From contig NJBH01000040.1 of assembly GCA_005223125.1 (NCBI GenBank), positions 1-31,813 of the forward strand: a stretch of 31,813 nt of DNA. Reading direction: 5' to 3'. Numbering within the stretch: the first letter of the stretch is position 1; every line of letters starts with the position of its first letter. A program made the translations under genes and the position numbers. Shown in pieces: positions 17,986 to 27,694 of the stretch. The notes under the pieces were generated by a model. It saw only the letters and a list, made by a program, of their open reading frames with translations, searched no databases and was not told the DNA's origin. The DNA is from Promethearchaeota archaeon Loki_b32. Its GTDB lineage: Archaea; Asgardarchaeota; Lokiarchaeia; Sigyniarchaeales; SOKP01.

Positions 17986-18453
17986 ATGGAACTTTACAAA
18001 TTTTTACCCAAAACAAATTGTAAAAAATGTAATCCAAAAACTTGTATGGCATTCGCATTAGCATTATTGCAGGGCAAAGTTAAAGTTGATGATTGCCCAC
18101 CACTCTTAGAACCGAAACATAAAAAAGACTATGAAAAGCTAAAGGAATTATTGGGATCTGAGGATGGAAAGGAAAAAGAACTAACAATAGATGTAGATAA
18201 CGATCTATGTGATGGATGTGGAATTTGTGTTACGGTATGCCCCGTAAATGCTAGGTATTGCCCTCCAACTTTAAGTGGAAAAGCACCTGATTACCCTCCC
18301 GAAAAACATCAATTATTTCAAATTAAAAGTGGGAAATGTGAGTTGTTAAACTTGAAACAATGTCGAAGAATCGAAGCGGAAGGTCGAGAAAGAGAATGTC
18401 GGGTTTGTGAAACATACTGTCCACGAGAAGCTATAAAAATTGATTATGTTTAA
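17986..18453 (+). CDS. FwdG-like ferredoxin with N-terminal AcsC/RnfB-type FeS domain (true start possibly ATT 17968)
   Basis: LPKTNCKKC...CMAFA...CP domain plus CDGCGICVTVCP and CRVCETYCP; first gene of the fwd cluster. Confidence 0.8.
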   Translation: MELYKFLPKTNCKKCNPKTCMAFALALLQGKVKVDDCPPLLEPKHKKDYEKLKELLGSEDGKEKELTIDVDNDLCDGCGICVTVCPVNARYCPPTLSGKAPDYPPEKHQLFQIKSGKCELLNLKQCRRIEAEGRERECRVCETYCPREAIKIDYV

Positions 18454-18495
18454 TTATTAATTTCTAAAATCTGTATTTGATAAGTGTAATAAATA

Positions 18496-19794
18496 ATGGT
18501 TAGTGAACGTATTACATGTTCGGGATGTTCGCTTTTATGTGATGATATTATTATTAAAAGTGATGGTTTATATATTGATGAAGTAATTGGAGCTTGTTTG
18601 AAAGGTAAAGAGAGATTTGACCAAATTACCTCAAAGAATAGAATTTTAAATCCACAAATAAAAAAAGATGGGGAATTACAGAAAGCAACATTAGATGAAG
18701 CTTTAGAAAAAGTTATTAAAATTATAAAGAACTCCTCTAAACCTCTTTTATATGGATTTTCAACAGTAAGTTGTGAAGCTCAATTAAAAGGAATACATCT
18801 TGCAAGTGTGATTAATGGCTTTATAGATTCTAATTCAACAATTTGTCAAGGGAAAGTATTAAATACTTCAAAAGAAACCGGAATTTCATTAACTACTATC
18901 ACAGAAGCCATAAATAAAGCGGATCTGCTAATTTTATGGGGTGCAAATGCCGCGGAGTCAATTCCACGTCTATTAAATAAGGTTCTTTTTTCACGTGGAA
19001 AGTTTAGAATGACTGGACGAGAAATAAAAACCTTAATTGCAATAGACCCGGTTAAAACCGCTTCATTTGGAGTCATGGGAGTACGAGACGTAGCACTTCA
19101 AATTAAGGCAGGGAAGGATATAGACTTAATCCGTGTTTTAAAAGAAGAATGTTGTGTGGCAGATAGTATACCAGATAAAGGTATTGCCGGTATAGATAGT
19201 AATGACCTTAAAAGGTTACTTCTTCATTTAACTGGTGCAGAGAATGGAATTATCTTTATAGGTCAGGGTCTTTTAAATTCGCAAAATGGTAGTAATGTTA
19301 TTAAAGAATTGCTTGAATTAGTACAATTAATAAATGTAAAACAACAAAAAGGTCGAATGTCTGTGATGATGTTAGGAGGCCATTATAATATGGTAGGCTT
19401 TGAACATGTCGCCTTGTCAAATTATGGAAAAAATCAAAGTTTACAATTTTCAAATAATTTGTTAGTTGAAACATCTGATACAATAGTTTCAAATATAGAA
19501 AAAGAGGATTTTGATTGCTCAATAATTGTCGGCACTGATCCTATATCCCATTTCCCTAAGCACCTAAGTAAAAAATTAATGTCAAAACCTATAATTCTAA
19601 TTGACAATAAACAATCTGCTACATCTTATGTGGCAGATGTGATAATACCATCATGTATAACAGGAATTGAAAGTGGAGGACTTGTTTATCGTATAGATCA
19701 TGTCCCCCTAAATCTTAAAAAAATTATTAATCCTCCAAATAATATATTTTCAGACGAGGAAATTATTGAAAAAATTATCGAAAAACTAGTATAG
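18496..19794 (+). CDS. fwdB: Formylmethanofuran dehydrogenase subunit B-like (divergent)
   Basis: CSGCSLLCDDI...C..G FeS motif, ADLLILWGAN, GHYN, VGTDPISHFP, GIESGG..YRID.VP. Confidence 0.88.
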   Translation: MVSERITCSGCSLLCDDIIIKSDGLYIDEVIGACLKGKERFDQITSKNRILNPQIKKDGELQKATLDEALEKVIKIIKNSSKPLLYGFSTVSCEAQLKGIHLASVINGFIDSNSTICQGKVLNTSKETGISLTTITEAINKADLLILWGANAAESIPRLLNKVLFSRGKFRMTGREIKTLIAIDPVKTASFGVMGVRDVALQIKAGKDIDLIRVLKEECCVADSIPDKGIAGIDSNDLKRLLLHLTGAENGIIFIGQGLLNSQNGSNVIKELLELVQLINVKQQKGRMSVMMLGGHYNMVGFEHVALSNYGKNQSLQFSNNLLVETSDTIVSNIEKEDFDCSIIVGTDPISHFPKHLSKKLMSKPIILIDNKQSATSYVADVIIPSCITGIESGGLVYRIDHVPLNLKKIINPPNNIFSDEEIIEKIIEKLV

Positions 19795-19804
19795 GATTGA
19801 AATT

Positions 19805-20179
19805 ATGGAGATGTTAGTAAATACAGTAAGAATGATAGATAATGATCAAGCAAAAGAGTATTCTGAAGGAGATAATAATACTCTTACTGAAAAATTAGCA
19901 ATTGGATTAATTAACCCAGAAGACTTTAAAAATCTTAATCTTACACAAAGTTTAAATTTAAAATTGATTAGCAATTTTGGTAGTGTTATTATAAAAGCCC
20001 TTCAAGATAAAAATGTTCCATTAGGGACTATAAATATGCCAGTCTCTATTTGGGCTAATCAAATTACTGGAATTGAAAATCATGAATTATTGTATAAAAA
20101 TATAAAGGTAAACGTTGAGGTTACGAGAGATTCAGTTCTAGGTCTGAAAGAATTAATAAATTCAATAAAAGAAAAATAA
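19805..20179 (+). CDS. fwdD: Formylmethanofuran dehydrogenase subunit D-like
   Basis: NTVRMIDND, INPEDF..L, S.FGSV, VP.G.I.MP...WAN molybdopterin-dinucleotide-binding barrel pattern; position in cluster. Confidence 0.82.
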   Translation: MEMLVNTVRMIDNDQAKEYSEGDNNTLTEKLAIGLINPEDFKNLNLTQSLNLKLISNFGSVIIKALQDKNVPLGTINMPVSIWANQITGIENHELLYKNIKVNVEVTRDSVLGLKELINSIKEK

Positions 20180-20182
20180 ATA

Positions 20183-21874
20183 TTGAGATCATTAGAAATG
20201 GACAGATTAATTATTATAAACGGCGTAGTGTTCGATCCAATCAACAATATTGATGGAGAAATTAAAGATATATTAATTGAGTCAGGTAAAATCGTAGAAA
20301 AATTCAGTAATGAAACGGATGTTAAAGAAATCGATGCAAAAGGAAAAACAGTTATACCTTCAGCTGTTGATATCCATACACATGTAGCTTCTCAGCAAGT
20401 AAATTGGGCAAGATTATTAGGTACAAATAATAATAAATTTAAAGAGATTTGGCAGGGGTTAACATTAAAAAACATAGCCAAAAATTATATTTCCAATGGC
20501 TATACTTTTATTCTTGAAGCAAATGTCTTTCCATCCTTAGCAAAACAAACAGTTTTTGATTTTAAACAATTACCTGTTCTAGATAAGGCTATGCTTTTGA
20601 ATGTTAGCAATTTCTGGCCATTAGAACTAGAATTTCAGAGAGGAAAAATTGATGATATGGCTATATTTCTCTCAGATCTTTTATCAAAAACCTATGGGTT
20701 TGGGATAAAAATTTATAATCCTTTTGAAAACGAGAACTGGAATTTTAGAGAATTAAGAGAAGATATCTCGCAAATGGGAAGATTATATAATTTCTCTGCT
20801 TTGGATGTATATGAAAACGCTGTAAAATGTGTAGAAACCCTCGGATTACCACATTCAACTCATGCTCATATTGAAGGCTATGAAAATGAGATTGGAAAAA
20901 GAAATCTTATTACTGTTTTAGAAAAGATAAAATCACTGAATATTGAAACTAGCCAAAATGCCGATTCAGATTTAAAAAGAAAACAGATACTTCACATAGC
21001 TCATGCGAATGCTTACAACTTCGATGGAAATAATGAAAATTTAATCAATTTTCTAAATGAAAATCAAAATTTTGATATTGATGTTGGTTTTGTAGGTTTC
21101 AATCAAATAAATCCAGTTATAACTTCCGATAGAAGATTAATAAATTCCATGTTAACAGAAGATATTAATGAAAATCCTCGTAAATTAATAAGTTCTGCAG
21201 TAGAATTTGAAGGAGACTCCTTTATAACAATGAGAAATTTTAGTAAAGAGAATTATCAAGATTGTGTGCTATGGGCTAATGCACTTGATTTAGTATTAAA
21301 TATTAGAAATAAATTTCAAATTAGTTTCTCTTTGAATTTTCCTAATTATGCTAATCTTTCAGATATTCCTGAGATTGTTACTTGGTTAATAAGTAAAGAT
21401 GCTCGTGAAAACTTTATGAAAGATATGAATAATGATTTCCTTAAGAACAGTACTTTATCTATTAATGAAAAGGTCCTTGATTTTTCAGAATTTGTATGTG
21501 TAACAAGAGCAAGTCCAGCAAAATCCTTAGGGTTGGCGAATTTTAAAGGAAATCTTGGTTCAGACGCAGATGGTGACCTTAATATCCTAGATATTAATAT
21601 TAATGAAATAGATATCTCTAAAAACCCTGAAAAATTAAAGAGAGCATTATCAAATATTGAATATGTTGTAAAATCAGGAAAAATAATAAAAAAGCAAAAA
21701 GAAATTAATTTAAATCCTAATGGTTTAATTTTCTGGTCTAACGGGAAAGCAGAAGTGAAAGAAAGAGATTTCATTATTTCTAAAAAGACTGATTTTTACC
21801 AAAAATACTCCTCTATGTTTTATAATTCTTATAAAATTTCTATAAATAAGGAATTTTTGAGAAGAGTCGTTTAA
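20183..21874 (+). CDS. fwdA: Formylmethanofuran dehydrogenase subunit A-like amidohydrolase (divergent; start probably ATG 20198)
   Basis: NGVVFDPINNIDGE, DIHTH, GIKIYNP, LGLPHSTHAH, TRASPAKSLGL...KGNLG..ADGD. Confidence 0.88.
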   Translation: MRSLEMDRLIIINGVVFDPINNIDGEIKDILIESGKIVEKFSNETDVKEIDAKGKTVIPSAVDIHTHVASQQVNWARLLGTNNNKFKEIWQGLTLKNIAKNYISNGYTFILEANVFPSLAKQTVFDFKQLPVLDKAMLLNVSNFWPLELEFQRGKIDDMAIFLSDLLSKTYGFGIKIYNPFENENWNFRELREDISQMGRLYNFSALDVYENAVKCVETLGLPHSTHAHIEGYENEIGKRNLITVLEKIKSLNIETSQNADSDLKRKQILHIAHANAYNFDGNNENLINFLNENQNFDIDVGFVGFNQINPVITSDRRLINSMLTEDINENPRKLISSAVEFEGDSFITMRNFSKENYQDCVLWANALDLVLNIRNKFQISFSLNFPNYANLSDIPEIVTWLISKDARENFMKDMNNDFLKNSTLSINEKVLDFSEFVCVTRASPAKSLGLANFKGNLGSDADGDLNILDININEIDISKNPEKLKRALSNIEYVVKSGKIIKKQKEINLNPNGLIFWSNGKAEVKERDFIISKKTDFYQKYSSMFYNSYKISINKEFLRRVV

Positions 21875-21898
21875 CTTATATCCAATAATTAATTAGTG

Positions 21899-22939
21899 TT
21901 ATGATTCAATAAGTAGCTTTTTAAAATTGTAATTATTGAGAGTAATGTATTCTATATTATTCACTTTTTTCTTAATCAATAGATTAAATTTATCAATTTC
22001 ATTCAAGTATTTAGTAATTGTATTATAATGCATATTTAGTGCCTTGGCAATTTGATTTTTTGTATAACCCATTTCATTTTTATTCAAAAACCCAATAATT
22101 TTTATACATTTATCTCTAGAGATGATAGTGAAAAATAAATCATTATCATTATCCAATGAGGAGTTGAAATAGGAGTTATTGTTATTTAATTGATGTTTTC
22201 TTATTAAATTAAACTTTAACAACATTGATAAATGCCACTTTATAACAAAAGGGCTCAATTTTAATCTTTTTGATAATTTGTTCATATAGATTCCAGGATT
22301 TTCGATTATCATATTATAAATGATTTCTCTGTTTGTATTCAGCAGAACCGTCTTTCTTGTTAATTTTGAGCCTTCAAGAATTAAATTCTTCTTTATAAGT
22401 GAATCAATAACTGTTTTTATTCCATTATAATTTAAATTACCATTTACTCTAAATCTTGATCTAATATATGAAGCTACTCTTTCTTTCGTAAACACTCTAT
22501 TCTGATTTAAAAATTCTTGTACTAAATTAAAAATCTTCATCTCCTCTTCGGTTACTGGTACTCCCTCAATTTCTAACTGGGCAATTTCTCGAGATTCCGT
22601 ATTTATTGATATATTTTTAAAAATTATAGCAAACTCAAAAGATAAAAAAGAACTATTAATCAAAAAGAGGAAAAAGATTTCTTCATGTTCTTTTAGTATT
22701 TCCTCACAAAAATTAGTAATAATTATTTGAGTAGAATTCTCAAAAGAATCGATCCAAATTTCTTCACTTGAAGTACCAAAAAAATATAAATCACTAAAAA
22801 TATAGTCATCAGCAACATGATTTATTTCATTTTTTGTTAAATCTCTTATTCTAATAGAATAAATATAGTAAATGAAGGAAGTAAGACACAAATTTATTAG
22901 AAAAATAATTATAAGCTTTTGCCTAAGATTTTTTTTCAT
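21899..22939 (-). CDS. Membrane-anchored multi-winged-helix transcriptional regulator
   Basis: N-terminal TM; LLNTNREIIYNMIIENPGIY...WHLSMLLKFNLI and a second HTH (QIAKALNMHYNTITKYL). Confidence 0.72.
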   Translation of the reverse strand: MKKNLRQKLIIIFLINLCLTSFIYYIYSIRIRDLTKNEINHVADDYIFSDLYFFGTSSEEIWIDSFENSTQIIITNFCEEILKEHEEIFFLFLINSSFLSFEFAIIFKNISINTESREIAQLEIEGVPVTEEEMKIFNLVQEFLNQNRVFTKERVASYIRSRFRVNGNLNYNGIKTVIDSLIKKNLILEGSKLTRKTVLLNTNREIIYNMIIENPGIYMNKLSKRLKLSPFVIKWHLSMLLKFNLIRKHQLNNNNSYFNSSLDNDNDLFFTIISRDKCIKIIGFLNKNEMGYTKNQIAKALNMHYNTITKYLNEIDKFNLLIKKKVNNIEYITLNNYNFKKLLIES

Positions 22940-23303
22940 AATATGGTACGAATATTCTAAATTTATTCAAATTGGATTATTTAAGGTAATTATTCAACCT
23001 TAGTTATAAATCTATTCCACATTTTATTATTTTGTCAAAAAAACTAATAGAGATTTTAAAAAATTATCCTCAATTGTTGATAAAATATTCTTCTTCTATA
23101 TAAAACCATCAATCTATAATGTGAATACTATTATATTTGTAGAATTTGGTGTATATTAGTTCGAATTTTCAGGTTTCCAGCCTCCACTTCAACTACTCTC
23201 AAGTAATCTTTCACTTTTTGTATTGATTGATTTAAATTAAGTCTGATATGAGAGTTGATTGTAAATATTTGAATTTTTTTAACAAACAAGATTTTGGGTT
23301 ATT

Positions 23304-23834
23304 TTGCATAAGCAAAACAGATCTAGTGAACATGCGAAAAAGGATGGAATGTTAGGTTCAGAAACAATTTTAGAAAAAATTAGAAAAAAAACACCTTGGA
23401 TATTTGGAAATAAATTAAGAAAACCAAAAATAATTTTCCCTAAATTCAAACGTCGCAGAATATCTTTACCATTGCCATCAAAATCATTAATTCTTATTGG
23501 TTTATTTATAATTTTATTTATACTTCAGACAGGAATCATTTATTTGATTATCAGAAAGCCTCCAGCGGTAGGAGTAGATTTGGATGATAGACCCATGTTT
23601 ATATGGGAAGATTATATTCATGAAGCTTTTATTATTGAAAGTATAGTAGCCTCAATTCTAATGTTATTATTCTCGACAGGATTTATACTTCTGTATCACG
23701 CATCCAAGTATGTGTATAATAAGAAATTTGCAGATTGGCTTATATTTATAGGAATTTTAATGATTATTATAACATTCGTTTTACTCCAACAGATGCTAAA
23801 TGCAAAAATCCCGAAACCAGTTAACCCAACTTAA
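23304..23834 (+). CDS. OST3/OST6-family oligosaccharyltransferase subunit, OSTC/DC2-like (start possibly ATG 23349)
   Basis: LPS...TGIIYLIIRKPPAVG...FIIESIVAS...GFILL...IFIG...K.P parallels eukaryotic DC2 (GGIIYDVIVEPPSVG...YIMEGLAS...GFIIL); 3 TM; no thioredoxin domain. Confidence 0.8.
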   Translation: MHKQNRSSEHAKKDGMLGSETILEKIRKKTPWIFGNKLRKPKIIFPKFKRRRISLPLPSKSLILIGLFIILFILQTGIIYLIIRKPPAVGVDLDDRPMFIWEDYIHEAFIIESIVASILMLLFSTGFILLYHASKYVYNKKFADWLIFIGILMIIITFVLLQQMLNAKIPKPVNPT

Positions 23835-23864
23835 GTCAATTAAAACAAACTGAATCCGTTAATT

Positions 23865-25289
23865 TTAATAATTCAATCCTTTTAACATTTGGACCGTTGT
23901 ATACACATTTTTACCACCTTTTCTAAGGAAATCCATTGCGTCTTCAATTCCTTCAACTGTTAAATCAAACATCGGAATGATGCTAGAAATAATTTTTCGT
24001 GTCCAGGGCGCCCATTCAGGCCTTATGAGTTCTGGGTTTAACCAAACAACATTATTTTTAAAATGATTTGCAAGTTCTTTGACATAATAAATCCCTGGTA
24101 ATTCATTTCTGTGATAATAGTATATCGAGCCATATTTTTCCGTTAATTCCCAACTCGCCATTGCAGCATCACCAACAATCACCACTTTATATTTATTGTC
24201 ATATTTTCTCAAAAATTCATTAAAATCTATTGCTTCTTCTGGGTTCCTTCGAGCATTGAAATAAATTGATTCATAAATGCAATTATGGAAATATAAATGT
24301 TTAAATTCGCGCCAATGAGACATGTTATTGGCTGCCGAGAAGAGAAGATTAACCAAGTGAGCATATGGAGTCATACTTCCCCCAACATCCATTAATAGAA
24401 GCATTCTAACATCGTTTTTCCTTTTTTTGTCAAATACAATTTCGATATCTCCACAGTTTTTAGCTGTTTTATCGATTGTCTTATCTAAATCAAGCTCATC
24501 TTGTTTCCCTATCTCTTCTAATTTTTTAAGACGTTTTAGGGCAACTTTAATCTGTCTAGTATCTAAAACAATATCTTTTCTATAATCCTTGAAGATTCTT
24601 TTTTGAGCGATTTGCATAGCCATTCGCATTCCTGAAGAACCACCAATTCTCATACCCATTGGATTTTGACCCCCATGACCGAAGGGCGATGCTCCCTGTG
24701 TGCCAATCCAGTGGTCACCTCCACTATGTTCTTCATCCTGTTTCTGCATTAATTCTTCGAACCTTTTCTGCATTTCTTCGAGATCAAAAAACTGACTCAT
24801 CATTTCTTGAAGATTACCACCCATTTCTGAGAGATCAAGATTTTTTTCTAACCATTTCCAGATTTCATCTTTTATTTCATTTGGAGCGTCAATGAATAAG
24901 GTACTTCCAGAATCTGGTCCGTATTTTTCCAAAAGTTCTTCAAGGAATTTTTCTAAATCATCAATATCTATATATTGCTGATATTCTCGTAGAAGTAACT
25001 GTAGGCCTTCTATAAGTTCTGGCAGCGTGATATCTTTATTCAACCAGTCCCAAATTTCTTGCTTAATATCTTCAGGGAATTTTACCATTGCTTCCTTGAA
25101 AAAATTTGCGAATGCAATGTCATAAATATCGAAGTGGTGTTCATTCTTACACAATATTGAACGCGAAATGTAGTAAAACTCAACCATGTTATGGATGAGT
25201 CCTTTATCTAACGCCTCTAATAGGGTAATATACTCTGTTATCGATACAGGCAAATGTTCTTTGAGATAATAAAAATATTCAACAAACAT
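23865..25289 (-). CDS. VWA-domain CoxE-like protein
   Basis: WIGTQGASPFGHGG, DVGGSM MIDAS, YFHNCIYE, VGDAAM, VWLNP. Confidence 0.9.
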   Translation of the reverse strand: MFVEYFYYLKEHLPVSITEYITLLEALDKGLIHNMVEFYYISRSILCKNEHHFDIYDIAFANFFKEAMVKFPEDIKQEIWDWLNKDITLPELIEGLQLLLREYQQYIDIDDLEKFLEELLEKYGPDSGSTLFIDAPNEIKDEIWKWLEKNLDLSEMGGNLQEMMSQFFDLEEMQKRFEELMQKQDEEHSGGDHWIGTQGASPFGHGGQNPMGMRIGGSSGMRMAMQIAQKRIFKDYRKDIVLDTRQIKVALKRLKKLEEIGKQDELDLDKTIDKTAKNCGDIEIVFDKKRKNDVRMLLLMDVGGSMTPYAHLVNLLFSAANNMSHWREFKHLYFHNCIYESIYFNARRNPEEAIDFNEFLRKYDNKYKVVIVGDAAMASWELTEKYGSIYYYHRNELPGIYYVKELANHFKNNVVWLNPELIRPEWAPWTRKIISSIIPMFDLTVEGIEDAMDFLRKGGKNVYTTVQMLKGLNY

Positions 25290-25430
25290 TTAATATAATC
25301 GTATAATTTAGAATTGCTTATGAGTATTGAATTAATCATATAATTTAGGTTTATCTTAAGTTCATAATAATCATTAATTTAGTATTAAAAATAAAGAGGG
25401 ATTGAAGTTTATTTTGTTAAAGAATTATAT

Positions 25431-26198
25431 TTATCCTTGACTAGAAGTTTGGAGTTCATCTCTCATCCTTAATAATCTATCGGGTAAATTTGAAAATATA
25501 GCATCTACATATTGTTCTTTATATTTCATGGTTAGGAATTTTTGCATTGATCTTTTAAAAAGAACACCCCAGATATAGAATTTGAAGCCTTTATCTTTGA
25601 TCTTTTTGAATAATTCAAAATTAACAAAATTAAAATTAACGTTTATTCCCTGGATATTTAATTTTCTCATATTTTCTAATTCTAGGTGTTTCTCCTCAAT
25701 GGGTGAATGTTTTAAAAAAATAGAATTAATCAATGTTACTTTTTTATCGAATTCTCTAATCTTAGAAAATAATACAGGAAGCGGATTTGGATTTACTGCA
25801 GATTGTGCAATTTCTATTTGTTCAATTAAATCAAATTCTCTGGCAAGCTCAATTATTCTTATACCTACCTCAGGATCACTTATATCAAAGTTATATTTTA
25901 TGTCATAATTTTTAAATGCATTAAATACTTCACGAAGAGTCGGAATTGACTCATTATTTTCTAATTTAAATTCTCTTATTTCATTAATATCTAAATTATT
26001 AATTAACACATCCTCTCCATTTTTTTTAAGACTTTGATAATAACATAAAACGATTTCATTGTCTTTTGATAATTTAGCTTCAGTCTTAAGTCCATCAACC
26101 CCCATATCAATTGCATTCTGAAATGAAGTCATAGTATTTTGTACCCCTATAAATCCTGCTCCTCTATGGCCCCAAATAAAAGTTTTATTCAATATCAT
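25431..26198 (-). CDS. Glycerophosphodiester phosphodiesterase family protein (degenerate active site)
   Basis: WGHRGA...QNT..SF..A...GVDG, IPTLREV, VDAIFSNLPD. Confidence 0.82.
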   Translation of the reverse strand: MILNKTFIWGHRGAGFIGVQNTMTSFQNAIDMGVDGLKTEAKLSKDNEIVLCYYQSLKKNGEDVLINNLDINEIREFKLENNESIPTLREVFNAFKNYDIKYNFDISDPEVGIRIIELAREFDLIEQIEIAQSAVNPNPLPVLFSKIREFDKKVTLINSIFLKHSPIEEKHLELENMRKLNIQGINVNFNFVNFELFKKIKDKGFKFYIWGVLFKRSMQKFLTMKYKEQYVDAIFSNLPDRLLRMRDELQTSSQG

Positions 26199-26725
26199 AT
26201 ACCTCCCATTTCCTTGTTGATTTCTAATGCTAATTTAATGAGATAAAAATAAACCAGTGTGTATTGAAGATCCCCTTCTATCTTAAGATCGCCATTAAAA
26301 AAGGCTTTAAAAAAATCCAAATTACCTGAAAGAATTTGATTCATAGTTTTTTGAGGACTCGATACCATAATTGTGGCACCATCTATTTCACCTTTCCCAT
26401 ATTTAAATTCTCCTCCTCCAAATTCAACCCAATACTTAAAATTTGAATTGAATAGCGTATTTTGTACGACTTGTCTTTTAAGCAGTCCTAGTTCTTCATT
26501 GAATTCCTCACTTTCTGTTGATAATCGCTCTATAGTTTTATTAATTTTCATTATGTTTTTATTAGTGCAACAGCTATTACACAGAAATTCATCGAATGAG
26601 ATCATTCCGCAATCTTCCATGCAGCACTCCCATTGATTTGTTTCATTATTTACTGTAATACTATATCCACATTGTATTGGTAGTGTTTCAATTAATCTAC
26701 CACAACTACTACATTTTAGACTCAA
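26195..26725 (-). CDS. SCP2 sterol/lipid-binding domain protein with Cys-rich N-terminus
   Basis: C-terminal ILSGNLDFFKAFFNGDLKIEGDL SCP2 signature; N-terminal CSSC...CG...CCMEDCG...CNSCC. Confidence 0.82.
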   Translation of the reverse strand: MSLKCSSCGRLIETLPIQCGYSITVNNETNQWECCMEDCGMISFDEFLCNSCCTNKNIMKINKTIERLSTESEEFNEELGLLKRQVVQNTLFNSNFKYWVEFGGGEFKYGKGEIDGATIMVSSPQKTMNQILSGNLDFFKAFFNGDLKIEGDLQYTLVYFYLIKLALEINKEMGGI

Positions 26726-26949
26726 CTTAATATCATCTCTTATAAGTTTTCATATTTCAATTAAGTTCCAAATCAAATACAGTTATTAAAGATTCTTCTT
26801 ATAATTTATTCAGAAGCACTGAGAAATCGTAATATCTGTTAAGTCTTTCCAAGAGATCATTTATACTATATTATAAAATAATTGAACTACAAGAAAAATA
26901 GTCTTTAAAACAATCTAGCTAATTATAAATTTTGAAATAAAAAAATATT

Positions 26950-27348
26950 TTAAATGGATGAAAATAGTATAAATCCCCAATTGATAATACCTCCGATTAA
27001 TAATACAATAGCAATTTCCATAGCTGAAATTTTTAGTGCATATTTCCAATTCGTTTGTTTTGCAATAATGATAATAGTCGCGAAACATGGAATATACAGC
27101 ATGGTTACTAGACTAAATACAATCATTTGAATAGGAGTTAATAGTTCTAAAAGAGTTAGCCCCCAATTTTCTGCAAAGAGAGCTAGAAGTACTAGTGTTA
27201 ATACTTTACGTAAAATTCCATAAATTAAGAAAATACCTATGGTAACGGGTAATCCTAACCATATTACAGAAACAGGTGATATTAAAATATTTACTGGCTC
27301 TAACGCATTGAAAATCAATAGTATTTTTTTAGAACCATTGGGTAGCAT
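26950..27348 (-). pseudogene. feoB: C-terminal fragment of a second feoB
   Basis: SPVSVIWLGLP...IFLIYGILRK...QMIVFSLVTMLYIPCFAT closely parallels the end of full feoB. Homology begins at the dsrE stop; no GTPase domain. Confidence 0.85.
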
Positions 27349-27694
27349 CAGCTTCTAATACCAAATCATTTAATGTGGCTGCTCCAACGATCTTTACACC
27401 AGGAATTAAATCCACCTTTTCCCAACCTAACATTCTTTTAGAAGCTTCACATACTAAGACTTCGATACCCAGTTCAAGTGTTTTATCAATCATCTCTTTC
27501 ACACTTGGAAAATTACCAAGCTTTATTTTTTCTGCCTCACCCTGTTTTAAAATTCTTAATCCTGTTCCTAAATAATATACTATAGCTTTAATATCCATAG
27601 CTTTTGCCGTTTGAGCTAACACTAATGGAGAATATTGGCGTTCTGGGTCATGTGAGGTTTGTACATATAAAATTGTTTTTTCATTTTCACTTAT
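27329..27694 (-). CDS. DsrE/DsrF-like sulfur-relay family protein, probable ATA start
   Basis: Frame extends 24 codons above the track start (ISENEKTILYVQTSHDPERQYSPL). AAGGTGA SD at 27701-27707. VLVCEAS and IPGVKIVGAATL motifs. Confidence 0.85.
   Translation of the reverse strand: MSENEKTILYVQTSHDPERQYSPLVLAQTAKAMDIKAIVYYLGTGLRILKQGEAEKIKLGNFPSVKEMIDKTLELGIEVLVCEASKRMLGWEKVDLIPGVKIVGAATLNDLVLEADATQWF

Noticed and set aside
18835-18855. Sec at the FwdB metal-ligand position
   Set aside because: The codon is TGT (Cys) and the ORF is uninterrupted.
23080-23240. Coding-like minus-strand stretch upstream of the wHTH gene
   Set aside because: No consistent frame or recognisable family.
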